The translations under genes were made by a program, and so were the position numbers. From Microcoleus sp. (GTDB taxonomy: Bacteria; Cyanobacteriota; Cyanobacteriia; Cyanobacteriales; Microcoleaceae): 64,000 nucleotides of DNA. A model generated the notes under the pieces. The model saw only the letters and a program-made list of their open reading frames with translations. It made no database searches and was not told the origin of the DNA. The stretch lies in assembly GCA_042408215.1 (NCBI GenBank), contig JAYFMW010000028.1, forward strand, positions 288,001 to 352,000, in the 5' to 3' direction. Positions 53,782-64,000 of the stretch are shown piece after piece (position 1 is the first letter of the stretch; each line of letters begins with the position of its first letter).

Positions 53782-55221
53782 ATGTTGAATACGTCCTGCA
53801 TAGAAAAACAAGTCCCGCTCATGTACGAGGCTTCTATACCAGAGTTCCGTTTGGACTCAACTCTCCAAGAATTGTCGCTTTACGATTTTCACGTAGAAGC
53901 TACAGATTTGGGAAGCAAAATTGCTCAGATGTTGGAAGCTAATCCCTTGCTCCCTGGTGTGATTTTGACTCTGGAGGGTCAATTTTTCGGCATGATTTCC
54001 CGGCGGAGATTTTTAGAATTTATCAGTCGTCCCTTTGGACGAGAATTATTTTTAAAGCGACCTGTGAGGGCTTTGTACCGGTTTGCCGAAACAGCAACTT
54101 TAATTTTTTCCAGCAATACTTTAATAGTGGATGCAGCCAAAAACTCGCTGCTGCGATCGAAAGAAATGCTTTACGAGCCGATTGTAGTTCTAGTATCGCC
54201 TCAAACTTATCGTTTGCTGGACGTGCACGAACTCCTGGTAGCCCAATCCAATATTCACGAACTAGCGACAAAATTACTCCGCCAACAAACTCAATCCCAA
54301 CTCATTCAAACTGAAAAACTAGCCAGTTTAGGGCAAATGGTCGCGGGTGTAGCCCACGAAATCAGAAATCCCGTCACCTGCATCAGCGGAAATATCGGCT
54401 TTTTGTCTAACTACTCCAAAGACATCATGGATTTGTTGTCGGCTTACGAAAAAATTGTCGGTGACAACGCACAAATTGACGAACTCAAAGAACAGATAGA
54501 ATTTGATTTTTTGCAGGAAGATTGGGCGGAAATCCTGAAAAGTATGAAAGTTTCAGCAGAGAGGCTGACCGATCTCGTTACTAGCCTCCACACCTTCTCT
54601 CACATGGACGAAACCCACCTGAAAGCAGCTAACGTTCACGAATGTATTGACAGCACGCTGCTAATTATGAAAAACCGTCTCAAGTACGGGATTCAAGTAG
54701 TTAAAAACTATGGGGATTTGCCTTTGGTCAAGTGTTACTCTGGTCAGTTGAGCCAGGTATTTATGAATATCGTCAGCAATGCGATCGACGCTTTGGAAGA
54801 GGTCAAAGGAAAAACAGGTTTTGTGCCTGCGATTACTATTGAGACTGAGGTAATAGATGTGGCTGACGGAGATTGCGTGAGTTCAGAATTGATGCAAAAT
54901 TATGTGAGGGGCGATCGGGAAAATTCAAAACAGCTATCTTTAGTCAGTCAAAACGGCGAACTCAGCCCAGAAATAGCGGAAAAAAGTCAAAATCATGGTT
55001 GGATAGCGATTAGAATTGCAGATAACGGGCCCGGTATTCCGCCAGAAGTTCAGCGGCGAATTTTCGATACATTTTTTACCACGAAACCAGCGGGAAAAGG
55101 TACGGGCTTGGGATTGGCAATTACTCACCAAATTGTTACGGAAAAGCACAAAGGCAAGTTGAATTTGCATTCTACGCCCGGTACTGGTACGGAGTTTGAG
55201 ATTTTGTTGCCGTTGATTTGA
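53782..55221 (+). CDS. Soluble sensor histidine kinase, paralog of 45387-46733
   Basis: LPGVIL...GMISRRRFLE, YEPIVV, EKLASLGQMVAGVAHEIRNP, DNGPGI, FFTTKPAGKGTGLGL. Confidence 0.92.
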   Translation: MLNTSCIEKQVPLMYEASIPEFRLDSTLQELSLYDFHVEATDLGSKIAQMLEANPLLPGVILTLEGQFFGMISRRRFLEFISRPFGRELFLKRPVRALYRFAETATLIFSSNTLIVDAAKNSLLRSKEMLYEPIVVLVSPQTYRLLDVHELLVAQSNIHELATKLLRQQTQSQLIQTEKLASLGQMVAGVAHEIRNPVTCISGNIGFLSNYSKDIMDLLSAYEKIVGDNAQIDELKEQIEFDFLQEDWAEILKSMKVSAERLTDLVTSLHTFSHMDETHLKAANVHECIDSTLLIMKNRLKYGIQVVKNYGDLPLVKCYSGQLSQVFMNIVSNAIDALEEVKGKTGFVPAITIETEVIDVADGDCVSSELMQNYVRGDRENSKQLSLVSQNGELSPEIAEKSQNHGWIAIRIADNGPGIPPEVQRRIFDTFFTTKPAGKGTGLGLAITHQIVTEKHKGKLNLHSTPGTGTEFEILLPLI

Positions 55222-55298
55222 ATGCAGTTCGGCAACGTATTATGTAAGGGATGTAAGGGATATTAATATCGTTTACAGTTGTTTCGGAATTGTATTGT

Positions 55299-55690
55299 TT
55301 GACACTCTCAGGTCTAAAGACACGCTCGATTCTGCTGACAGAGTAAAACTCTCGCTACGGCCGTCAAACGCCGTCTACTTAGTCACCAATCGTCAAGCGA
55401 TAGTTACTAGCTACTTTTGTCTCCAATGCTTTCAGAATCCATCACTAAGCCAAGACACGGTACGCTCAACATCCAGCCATCCCACCGCTCTTTTTGTGTT
55501 ACCTCTCACTCTTGTGTACTAAGTTGCTGGGATTTCTCCGATACTAGGATGTTTCAACACGTAGATGTTTTTGTTCTTACTCACAACTGAATTATAGCAC
55601 ATTTTCAATACCACGGCGGTTAAAACCGCACGAGTCGCTTCCCTCTCAGGTCTTTAGACTCGCTCGTTTCCCGCATCCCGTATTATTTTT
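55299..55690 (-). mobile_element. Non-coding IS200/IS605-derived element nested inside a MITE (55263-55833)
   Basis: Related subterminal motifs CTCTCAGGTCTAAAGACACGCTCG (55305) and CTCTCAGGTCTTTAGACTCGCTCG (about 55643); minus strand runs TTCAT|AAAAATAATACGGG ... GTGTCAA. Confidence 0.7.
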
Positions 55691-55832
55691 ATGAAGTTCT
55701 GTTATGGAGTAAGATTAAATGAACCGCGAAGACGCTCATAGCGCGAAGGAAGAACTGCATCTTCTTCTCGATCTTCCTTCGCGTCATGAGCGCCTTCGCG
55801 GTTTAATCATTCCGATGCAACCGGATTTGAGA

Positions 55833-56984
55833 TCACGCTCTTAGCTGTACTGGCATTACCAAGAAAGTAGCATTGACTCCGCCCAAAGGTTGGAAAATTA
55901 CGGGGGCCAAAGCACCATTTAATTGCAGTTGAATTTCTGGGGATTGAGCCGTTTTTAAGATATCAATCAGATATTTCACGTTGAAGGCAATATCTATACT
56001 TTCTCCCGAAATTTGTGCCGGTAGTGACTCTTTACCACTGCCGACATCTTGAGCATCTACAGACAAAGTGATTTCCTGATTCACGGCATTGATGCTGCAT
56101 TTGAGAATATTATTTTTTTGGTCTGCAAAAACAGCTATTCTTTCTACTGCTGATAAGAACGATCGCCGATCCATTGTAATTTGCCTCTCAAAGGAAGGCG
56201 GAATTAACTGCCGATATGCTGGATATTGCCCTTCCAAGGTGCGGGTTGTCAGTCGCTGGTCGGCCCATTCAAACACAACTTGACCCTGCTCAAAATGCAG
56301 GGTAACAGGTTCAGTCCACTGCCGCATGACTAACATTCTTTCTACTTCCCGCAAGGCTTTGGCTGGGACTGTCACTTCAAATTCTTGTTCTGTTTCTTCT
56401 CCTTCGGCTTTTTCATTGGCTGTTTGAACTACTGCTAATCTGTGGCCGTCTGTGGCTGCAAATTCTAGACAGTCTTTTAGTACCTTTAAATGCACGCCTG
56501 CAAGTACCTGTTTTGCTTCGTCGGGGCTAGTAGCAAATAAAGTTCCTTTGAGCCCTTCTATTAAGGCTTCTGGGGGCAAATTGAGGATTGTTCCTCCTTC
56601 TATTGCGGGTAATTCTGGGAACTCTTCTGAACTCATGCCTCTAACTTGGTAGCTACCAGAACTGCAAGTGAGATATGCTATATACGCCGTGCCATCGTCT
56701 CCCGCTTCGTCTTCTAAAGTAATCTCTCCATCTGGGAGTCGGGAAACAATATCGTTGAGCAATTTAGCGGGTATGGTAAAACTGCCACCTCCCGTCACTT
56801 CTGCTGCAAAGCTGGTACGAATGCCCAAACTTAGATCGAAAGCTGTCAAGTTAACCCGCTGATTTTCCTCATCCGCTACTAAGAGAACGTTGGCTAGTAT
56901 GGGATGTGTCGGGCGTGAGGGAACGGCCCGACTTACCAACGAGAGGTTGGCGTTGAGGTCACTTTGGGTGCAAACCAATTTCAT
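55833..56984 (-). CDS. dnaN: DNA polymerase III beta clamp
   Basis: SRAVPSRPTHPILANVL, LTAFDLSLGI, AATDGHRL, IAFNVKYL, LVMPVQ. Confidence 0.97.
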   Translation of the reverse strand: MKLVCTQSDLNANLSLVSRAVPSRPTHPILANVLLVADEENQRVNLTAFDLSLGIRTSFAAEVTGGGSFTIPAKLLNDIVSRLPDGEITLEDEAGDDGTAYIAYLTCSSGSYQVRGMSSEEFPELPAIEGGTILNLPPEALIEGLKGTLFATSPDEAKQVLAGVHLKVLKDCLEFAATDGHRLAVVQTANEKAEGEETEQEFEVTVPAKALREVERMLVMRQWTEPVTLHFEQGQVVFEWADQRLTTRTLEGQYPAYRQLIPPSFERQITMDRRSFLSAVERIAVFADQKNNILKCSINAVNQEITLSVDAQDVGSGKESLPAQISGESIDIAFNVKYLIDILKTAQSPEIQLQLNGALAPVIFQPLGGVNATFLVMPVQLRA

Positions 56985-57158
56985 GAGAGGAAGGTGAATT
57001 AACCGGATTTGAGATAGAAACAAATCCTATCACAGAAAGTCGGTGGGGAATCCCCAGGATTTTTAGCTTCGGGCTGGGGGTTGCTTTTCTGGAGGTGCGC
57101 GGTGGAAGATGCTTTTACTTTTTTGAGCTAATTTTCTGGGCGATCGCACTGTACAAAC

Positions 57159-57336
57159 TGTGGAAAATAAATTCAAATGCTGATCGGGTATAGTTTTTGT
57201 GGATTTATGCCTGTGGAAAACTTGTGAAAAAGTTGGCTGAGTCGATCGCCCAACTCTCGATCGTCAAAAACTTTTTGCAGCGAGAGATTAATGTTTTCCA
57301 CAAAATCAGGGTCATTTGTCCACAGGTTTTTCCACA
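57159..57336. promoter_or_regulatory. oriC: oriC: cluster of DnaA boxes between dnaA and dnaN
   Basis: TGTGGAAAA 57159 and 57212; TGTGGATTT 57198; TGTGAAAAA 57223; TTTTCCACA 57294 and 57328; TTGTCCACA 57316. Matches the cyanobacterial TTTTCCACA consensus and the usual location. Confidence 0.85.
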
Positions 57337-57347
57337 GGTAAGCTTAC

Positions 57348-57608
57348 GGGAATGGGGAATGGGGAATGGGGAATTGGCCAAACAGGGAATGGGGAATTGG
57401 GCATTGGTAGCAAATAACTACTGACTACTGACTACTGACTACTGACTAATGACTACTGACTAATGACTACTGACTACTGACTACTGACTAATGACTACTG
57501 ACTACTGACTAATGACTACTGACTAATGACTACTGACTAATGACTACTGACTAATGACTACTGACTAATGACTACTGACTAATGACTAATGACTACTGAC
57601 TAATGACT
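57348..57608. repeat. STRR tracts (GGGAATG)n and (TGACTAC/TGACTAA)n between the dnaA stop and the DnaA boxes
   Basis: Direct inspection. Confidence 0.92.
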
Positions 57609-57613
57609 TCAAA

Positions 57614-58987
57614 TCAACTTTTGCGGCCGATCGCATTAATGCGATCGCTCAATTGACGGAGAGTTTGGGACAAATTCGGGTCAGTGTTCCGCAACTGAGC
57701 AATTTTGTCGCAACTGTAAAGCACAGTTGTGTGGTCTTTTCCGCCGAAAATTTCGCCAACTTTCGGTAAACTCAAAGCAGTGTGCTGCCGGATTAAATAC
57801 ATCCCGATTTGACGGGCAAAGCTAATTTCTCGCTTGCGGCAATTGCCTTTCAAATCTTCAACAGAAACGTCGAAAGCTTCTGCCACTACTGCGATTACGG
57901 CGTCGGGAGTCGCTTTTACAGTTTCAGTTTGTGGGTTCAACACTGGGGAGATATTTTCCACTGTCATCGGCAAACCTGTAATTGAAAGATAGGCTACCGC
58001 CCGAATCAAAGCTCCTTCTAATTCTCGAACATTGGAAGTGTAGCTAGAAGCAATATATTCAATGACATCTCGCGGCAACCGCATATTTTCATATTCGGCT
58101 TTTTTCTGCAAAATTGCCATTCTGGTTTCCAAGTCTGGTAACTGAATGTCGGCAATTAATCCCATCGAAAATCGCGAACACAAACGCTGTTGTAGGCGGG
58201 GGATTTGTTGCGGGGGGCGATCGGAAGCTAAAACTACTTGTTTTCCGGCTTCGTGCAAAGTATTAAAAGTGTGAAAGAATTCTTCTTGAGTGTATTCTTT
58301 GCCTTCAATAAATTGAATATCATCTACTAATAAAACATCCGCTGCTCGATAATGATCGCGGAAAGTTTGCATACTATCTTTACGAATGGCGGCAATCAAA
58401 TCGTTGGTAAATTTCTCAGTAGAAACGTAAAATATTTTGGCTGTGGGGTCAATTTCTAAGCGGTAATGACCGATCGCCTGCATGAGATGAGTTTTGCCCA
58501 AACCGACGTCGCCGCACAAAAATAGGGGATTGAATTCTCGGCCCGGAGACTCGGCTACTGCGAGGGAAGCTGCGTGAGCCATGCGGTTGTTGGAACCGAC
58601 TACAAAACGGGAAAATAGGTATTTGGGGTTGAGATTGGCTGGTTTGGGGGGATGCAGCGAGTGGCTTTCTGGGACATCGGGGGCGATCGGAGATGGCCAA
58701 ATCAGTCCTTGCTCGCCGTTACCGTCGGTTTCAGTCCCCCCAGCAATTGTCAAGTAAATTTCTACCTGATAGCCGAGAATGTCGTACACTGCATCGGCAA
58801 TGATTTTGACATAATATTTCTGCAACCAATTGCGAGCAAAGGGGTTGGGGGTGCTGACGATCAAACAGTTATTTTCCAGTTGTTCGGCTCTGGCTGTTTT
58901 GATCCAAGTCTCAAAACTAGGTCTGCTCAGTTGTACCTGGAGACGTTCAAGTATCTGATTCCACAGACTTTCGAGGGGAATTTCCAC
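57614..58987 (-). CDS. dnaA: Chromosomal replication initiator DnaA
   Basis: [56 protein letters not shown]. Confidence 0.98.
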   Translation of the reverse strand: MEIPLESLWNQILERLQVQLSRPSFETWIKTARAEQLENNCLIVSTPNPFARNWLQKYYVKIIADAVYDILGYQVEIYLTIAGGTETDGNGEQGLIWPSPIAPDVPESHSLHPPKPANLNPKYLFSRFVVGSNNRMAHAASLAVAESPGREFNPLFLCGDVGLGKTHLMQAIGHYRLEIDPTAKIFYVSTEKFTNDLIAAIRKDSMQTFRDHYRAADVLLVDDIQFIEGKEYTQEEFFHTFNTLHEAGKQVVLASDRPPQQIPRLQQRLCSRFSMGLIADIQLPDLETRMAILQKKAEYENMRLPRDVIEYIASSYTSNVRELEGALIRAVAYLSITGLPMTVENISPVLNPQTETVKATPDAVIAVVAEAFDVSVEDLKGNCRKREISFARQIGMYLIRQHTALSLPKVGEIFGGKDHTTVLYSCDKIAQLRNTDPNLSQTLRQLSDRINAIGRKS

Positions 58988-59051
58988 GCTCTACCTCTGC
59001 CGATCGGCATTCAAACAGATTCAATTTGTATTCTCGAAAACTTAGTTTAAT

Positions 59052-59175
59052 CTCACATCTTGCACCATTTTCAGCAACAGGCTGTCCGGCCTGTTCCACA
59101 AAGAGTGGATTTCTTGTGGAACAGGCCGGACAGCCTGTTCATAAAAGGCTAATTGAGAATGGTGCAAGATCTCAG
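59052..59175. mobile_element. MITE (CT.A.ATCTTGCACC...GGTGCAAGAT.TCAG) with a 26-bp perfect internal hairpin. Second family member at 61307-61441.
   Basis: TIRs at both ends; arms 59076-59101 and 59114-59139. Confidence 0.8.
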
Positions 59176-59391
59176 TTTAATCGAAGTGGCGATTTTGAAG
59201 GTCGATCGATCGATCGATCAATATTTTTTGCGGGCTGGTGAGCAAATAGAGGAAGGTGAATGCTAAAGTTTAAGGGAGTCTGCCGATCGCCCTAAAATTC
59301 TGTAAAATTCTGTGGGCCGCAAGTGGCTCACAGGATACGGGAATCAGCTCGCAAATATTTTGATTTGGCAAAAAAGCCTAAAAACCTCGTG

Positions 59392-60633
59392 ATGAAGAGT
59401 TCTACTGGCAAATTTTGGAAGCAACCGGCAATTTACATATTGCTGCTGGTGACGGGAGCTGGGGCCGCAATGTTGGGCGATCGTCTGACAGCTTCCCAAT
59501 TACCTGCAAATTCTGGCGCTCCGGGACAAAAAACATTGCAGCCGCAATTGCAATTGCCGATTAATACTAAGCCTCAAGCTAGCAAAGTCTTGCCGCCGAA
59601 TTCTGTTTCGGGGAATCCAGCTAATGTCAATTTTATTGTGGCCGCGGTGCAAAAAGTTGGCCCGACAGTGGTTCGGATCGATGCTACCCGCAAGGTGAAA
59701 CCGGGAAATAAAGGGCTGTCGCCGGAAGATTTTTTGGGCTTAGATCCGAATTCAGGCGGCCGGGGTGGGGTGGAACGGGGTACTGGTTCGGGTTTTGTCA
59801 TCGGTGCTGACGGCGTGATTCTCACTAATGCTCACGTTGTAGAGGGGGCTGATACAGTAAATGTAACTCTCAGGGACGGTCGCAGTTTTCAGGGGCGGGT
59901 GTTGGGAGCAGATCAGGTGACGGATGTGGCGGTGGTGAAGATTGAGGCGAATGATGTCCCTGTGGTGACGATCGGCAATTCCGATCGGCTGCTGTCTGGG
60001 GAATGGGCGATCGCGATCGGCAATCCTTTGGGTTTGGACAATTCGGTGACAGCAGGGATAATTAGCGCTACGGGGCGATCGAGTTCTGATGTAGGCGTGC
60101 CCGACAAGCGGATCGGTTTTATTCAAACAGACGCTGCGATTAATCCGGGGAATTCCGGTGGCCCGTTACTGAATGCTTCGGGCGAAGTTATTGGCATGAA
60201 TACGGCGATTATTCAAGGTGCTCAAGGATTGGGCTTTGCAATTCCAATTAAGGCGGCTCAACAAGTTGCGAAGGAACTAATTTCGACGGGCAAAGTCGAA
60301 CACGCTTATTTGGGCATTGAAATGGCGACGCTAACTCCTGATGTTAAACAGCAAATTAACAGCAACAATAACAGCAACATTCGAGTGACAGTCGATCGAG
60401 GAGTTGCTATTATTAATGTTGTTCCGGCTTCTCCCGCTGCGGCATCTGGTTTGCGGTCTGGGGATGTGATTCAAAAGATCAACAATCAGCCGATTATTCA
60501 GTCGGAAGCTGTTCAGGAATTCGTGCAGAATGCTAGGGTTGGCGGACTTTTGCAAATGGAGATTAATCGCAATGGGCAAATACTCAATTTGAGTGTGAAA
60601 CCGGGGAATATGCCAGTCCAAAAACTTCGATAA
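59392..60633 (+). CDS. htrA: HtrA/HhoA/HhoB family serine protease with PDZ domain
   Basis: [42 protein letters not shown]-terminal PDZ. Confidence 0.93.
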   Translation: MKSSTGKFWKQPAIYILLLVTGAGAAMLGDRLTASQLPANSGAPGQKTLQPQLQLPINTKPQASKVLPPNSVSGNPANVNFIVAAVQKVGPTVVRIDATRKVKPGNKGLSPEDFLGLDPNSGGRGGVERGTGSGFVIGADGVILTNAHVVEGADTVNVTLRDGRSFQGRVLGADQVTDVAVVKIEANDVPVVTIGNSDRLLSGEWAIAIGNPLGLDNSVTAGIISATGRSSSDVGVPDKRIGFIQTDAAINPGNSGGPLLNASGEVIGMNTAIIQGAQGLGFAIPIKAAQQVAKELISTGKVEHAYLGIEMATLTPDVKQQINSNNNSNIRVTVDRGVAIINVVPASPAAASGLRSGDVIQKINNQPIIQSEAVQEFVQNARVGGLLQMEINRNGQILNLSVKPGNMPVQKLR

Positions 60634-60750
60634 TCATTAGTCAGTAGTCAGTAGTCATTAGTCAGTAGTCAGGAGTCATTAGTCATTAGTCAGTAGTCAT
60701 TAGTAATTAGTCAGAATTACGAATTACGAATTACCAATTACCAATTACGA

Positions 60751-61284
60751 ATGCCAGAAATATTGCAAATTTCACAATTAGGAAATCCCGTATTGCGCCG
60801 CCGATCGCAATTTGTGGAGAATATTAAGGACGATCGCCTTCAGCAGTTGATAGACAACTTAATATTTACAGTACAACAGGCCAACGGGGTGGGGATTGCC
60901 GCCCCTCAAGTCGCTAGGGGCGATCGGCTGTTCATCATCGCATCCCGTCCCAATCTGCGATATCCCCAAGCACCCAAGATGGAACCCACAGCGATGATCA
61001 ACCCCCGAATTATAGCTAGCTCAACAGAGACAGTCAAAGACTGGGAAGGCTGTTTGAGCATTCCGGGGATACGGGGGTTAGTGCCGAGAAGTCGATCGAT
61101 CGAGATAGAATACACCAGTAGAGACGGCCAACTCCACCAACAAGAATTAACAGATTTTGTGGCTCGGATTTTTCAACACGAACAGGACCATTTAGACGGA
61201 ATCGTGTTTTTAGACAGAGTGGAAAGCACCCAAGAACTGATGACTGAGGATGAGTATCAGCAGCAAGTTGTCAACTTACTATAA
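60751..61284 (+). CDS. def: Peptide deformylase
   Basis: GVGIAAPQV, EGCLSIP, FQHEQDHLDG. Confidence 0.96.
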   Translation: MPEILQISQLGNPVLRRRSQFVENIKDDRLQQLIDNLIFTVQQANGVGIAAPQVARGDRLFIIASRPNLRYPQAPKMEPTAMINPRIIASSTETVKDWEGCLSIPGIRGLVPRSRSIEIEYTSRDGQLHQQELTDFVARIFQHEQDHLDGIVFLDRVESTQELMTEDEYQQQVVNLL

Positions 61285-61476
61285 AACTTGATATAATTGG
61301 TAGTAACTGAGATCTTGCACCCGCAAATCAAAAGCTTGTAGGGGCGGGTTCACCAAAAGTTTTCTCATGGTGCAGACAGGTTAAATAAACCCGCCCGCAC
61401 CCACAAAAAAGCCCCTGATTGATATTGGTGCAAGATGTCAGTAGTAACCGCAGTGATATTGTGAATAGGAGGGCAA

Positions 61477-62046
61477 ATGTCGATCAACTTGGAAAAAGGC
61501 GGGAGAATCAATCTCTCTAAAGAAGCACCGGGGCTAAAAAGTGCTGGGATAGGTTTGGGATGGGATACCAATGCTACAGATACCGGCGCAGCGTTTGACT
61601 TAGATGCTTCCGTGTTTATGTTAGGTGCAAATGCGAAAATTCCCAGCGAAAAATACTTTGTTTTTTACAACAACAAAGAGTCGCCAGACACTTCTGTAAT
61701 CCATCTGGGAGATAGCAGAACGGGAGAAGGTTTTGGCGATGATGAAACAGTGACCGTTGATTTAACTAAAGTCGATCCGGCGGTGCAAGAAATTGTGTTT
61801 GTGGTAACAATCCACGAAGCTGAATCGAGGAGGCAAAACTTCGGTCAAGTGCGGAATGCTTTTATCAGGATTTATGATACTACGACTAACATAGAAGTCA
61901 CTAAGTACGATTTGGACGAGGATTTTTCGAGGGAGACTGCGGTGGAATTTGGCCGACTCTACAAGAAAGACGGCGAGTGGAGGTTCCAAGCCGTCGGACA
62001 AGGCTACAATTCAGGCTTACAAAGCTTTGTAGAGAAGTATTCCTGA
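61477..62046 (+). CDS. terD: TerD family stress protein
   Basis: GLGWD, DLDASVFML, FVFYNN, GDSRTGEGFGDDE, WRFQAVGQGY. Confidence 0.92.
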   Translation: MSINLEKGGRINLSKEAPGLKSAGIGLGWDTNATDTGAAFDLDASVFMLGANAKIPSEKYFVFYNNKESPDTSVIHLGDSRTGEGFGDDETVTVDLTKVDPAVQEIVFVVTIHEAESRRQNFGQVRNAFIRIYDTTTNIEVTKYDLDEDFSRETAVEFGRLYKKDGEWRFQAVGQGYNSGLQSFVEKYS

Positions 62047-62250
62047 TCGAATGGCGATCGAATCCAGCTAAATAAGTCAAGGGAAAATTCGGAAAAATCA
62101 TGAATATTCCCTTGATTTTAAAGGCTACTAATGAGAGGATAAACCTGATGGGCATTCAATTAAGCGTTGTGACCCCCAGATTATGTAAAAAACCCGGTTT
62201 ATTGGGTCGGAGTGCATAAGTCCTGTCCTACTAATCAGAGGATAAACCTA

Positions 62251-63789
62251 ATGGGAATTCAATTAAGTAAGGGCGAAAGATTTAATCTTTTTCAAGAAGA
62301 CGCTAATTTACAAAAGGTGTCATTCGCCCTGGGCTGGCAAATGAATCAAACCACAGAAAGCTATGATATAGATGCTTCTATATTCATGTTGGGTGCAGAT
62401 GGAAAAATTCCCGACGAAAGATACTTGGTATTTTACAATAATCTGCGCTCTCTCGATGACTCTCTACACCATTTAGGAAATCGCAAAACTGGGAAAAACC
62501 AAGGAGACAACGAGACGATTGATGTAGAATTGAATAAAATAAGTCCAGCTATCCAGGAAATTATTTTTGTCGTCACCATTCACGAAGCACAAGCAAAAAA
62601 TCAAAGTTTTAGCCAAATCCAGAATGCTTTTATTAGACTTTATAACTCAGAAACCGACACTGAACTTGCTTCCTACAATCTCAAAGAGAATTTTTCACAA
62701 GAGACAGCAGTCGAGTTTGGAAGGTTATATAAAAAAGACGGAAAGTGGAGGTTTCAGGCTGTAGGACAAGGATACAACGCCGGCTTGCAAAGTTTTGTAG
62801 ACAAATATTATGTCGAAAATAAACAGGAAAATCAGCAAGCAGAAACTAACTTAAAAATATCAGATTTTGAAATCCCAGAATTAGCAATAACTGAATTAGC
62901 AGCTACTCAATTCAAAATTCCCGAAGTAGTAATTCCTGCCTTAAAAATCCCAGAATTAGCAATAACTGAATTAGCAACTCCCAAAGTTAGTAACAAAAGT
63001 CAGAAAGCTATAGCTTTCGAGAAACAACTGGAAGAAAAAGCGCCGCACATTTTCAATCTCGTTAAGAAAGCCGATATCTCCCTCCAGAAAGCAAATCTCA
63101 CAAATCATGATGCTAAGGTAGCGCTGTGCTTGGATATTTCTGTATCTATGTCTTCGCTGTACAGTGCGGGAAAAATTCAGCGTTTGGCTGAGAAAATTTT
63201 GGCTTTGGGATGTCGGTTTGATGACAACGCAGCGATGGATATATTTTTGTTTGGTATCAACTCTTACAATGCGGGCGAAATGACGATCGACAATTTCCCA
63301 AACTTCATCCATCATATACTGAAGCGATACCCTTTAGAAGGAGGTACTTATTATGGTAGAGTGATGCAGGAGATTAGAAAATTCTATTTTCCCGACTCTC
63401 GCGATGGTAGTCGCTACGCACCTATTAGCGCCGATAAACCTGTCTATGTGATGTTTGTCACTGATGGAGCCACTGCGGATGAGTCGGGAACCAAACAACA
63501 GTTAAAATGGTCGTCCTACGAGCCGATATTTTGGCAGTTTATGGCGATCGGCAAATCGCAAAAAGATGTCAAAAATAAGGGCGTTGGCGGCTGGTTTTCT
63601 AGGGCTACAGCGAGCGATTTTAGCTTTTTGGAGCAACTTGATGAAATGGGCGATCGCCACCTCGACAACGCCGATTTCTTTAGTTTAGAAGACCCGGAAA
63701 GTATTGCAGATGAGGAATTATACGATTTGTTGACAGCAGAATATCCCAATTGGGTGAAATCGGCACGACTCAAAAATATCTTACCCTAG
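62251..63789 (+). CDS. TerD domain + vWA (TerF-like) domain protein
   Basis: N-terminal TerD; LCLDISVSMS (MIDAS-like), GGTYY, FVTDG, PIFWQFMAIG, DNADFF. Confidence 0.88.
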   Translation: MGIQLSKGERFNLFQEDANLQKVSFALGWQMNQTTESYDIDASIFMLGADGKIPDERYLVFYNNLRSLDDSLHHLGNRKTGKNQGDNETIDVELNKISPAIQEIIFVVTIHEAQAKNQSFSQIQNAFIRLYNSETDTELASYNLKENFSQETAVEFGRLYKKDGKWRFQAVGQGYNAGLQSFVDKYYVENKQENQQAETNLKISDFEIPELAITELAATQFKIPEVVIPALKIPELAITELATPKVSNKSQKAIAFEKQLEEKAPHIFNLVKKADISLQKANLTNHDAKVALCLDISVSMSSLYSAGKIQRLAEKILALGCRFDDNAAMDIFLFGINSYNAGEMTIDNFPNFIHHILKRYPLEGGTYYGRVMQEIRKFYFPDSRDGSRYAPISADKPVYVMFVTDGATADESGTKQQLKWSSYEPIFWQFMAIGKSQKDVKNKGVGGWFSRATASDFSFLEQLDEMGDRHLDNADFFSLEDPESIADEELYDLLTAEYPNWVKSARLKNILP

Positions 63790-63875
63790 AGACAGCCTGG
63801 GCAACGGCTAATCAAATCTTGATCTTGGCAGATCTTGAAACTTGCACTCCGTACACTTGACAAAATCACAAAACT

Positions 63876-64000
63876 ATGGCTATCAACTTGACCAAAGGAC
63901 AATCAATCGTTCTCAGCAAAAGCGAATACGACTTATCCAGACTAACAATGGCTTTGGGATGGGATGTGTCGAAAGCTAAAACAGGTATTTTCGGCAGCAG
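63876..64000 (+). CDS. TerD family protein, N-terminal part (runs off the window)
   Basis: MAINLTKGQSIVLSKSEYDLSRLTMALGWDVSKAKTGIFG. Confidence 0.8.
   Translation, partial: MAINLTKGQSIVLSKSEYDLSRLTMALGWDVSKAKTGIFGS

Overview
64 kb of a filamentous cyanobacterial chromosome, probably Microcoleus/Oscillatoriales-like. This rests on abundant GCGATCGC HIP1 sites, heptameric STRR tracts, ndhM, ftrC and sbtAB. The window contains the dnaA-oriC-dnaN replication origin. It opens with the last two genes of a pPIWI-RE system: a DinG-like helicase translationally coupled to a 931-aa PIWI-RE (Argonaute-like) protein. Next come lptFG/lptB/lptA, ftrC, two DUF2079 paralogs, dxr and a Uma2 gene split by a tnpB-only element. 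An RTX Ca-binding gene is followed by a 1.8-kb tandem array of three-level nested miniature elements and then a TPR-GT61/methyltransferase/sulfotransferase cluster. The rest holds peroxiredoxin-glutaredoxin, sbtAB, gap, a PP2C phosphatase, several IS200/IS605-derived non-coding elements, ndhM, a broken TerD-pentapeptide gene, two paralogous soluble His kinases, htrA, def and the start of a terD cluster. Intergenic DNA is dense in MITEs, palindromes and short tandem repeats, some read in-frame inside proteins. I found no CRISPR array, tRNA or rRNA. All family assignments come from motif recognition by eye, not database searches.
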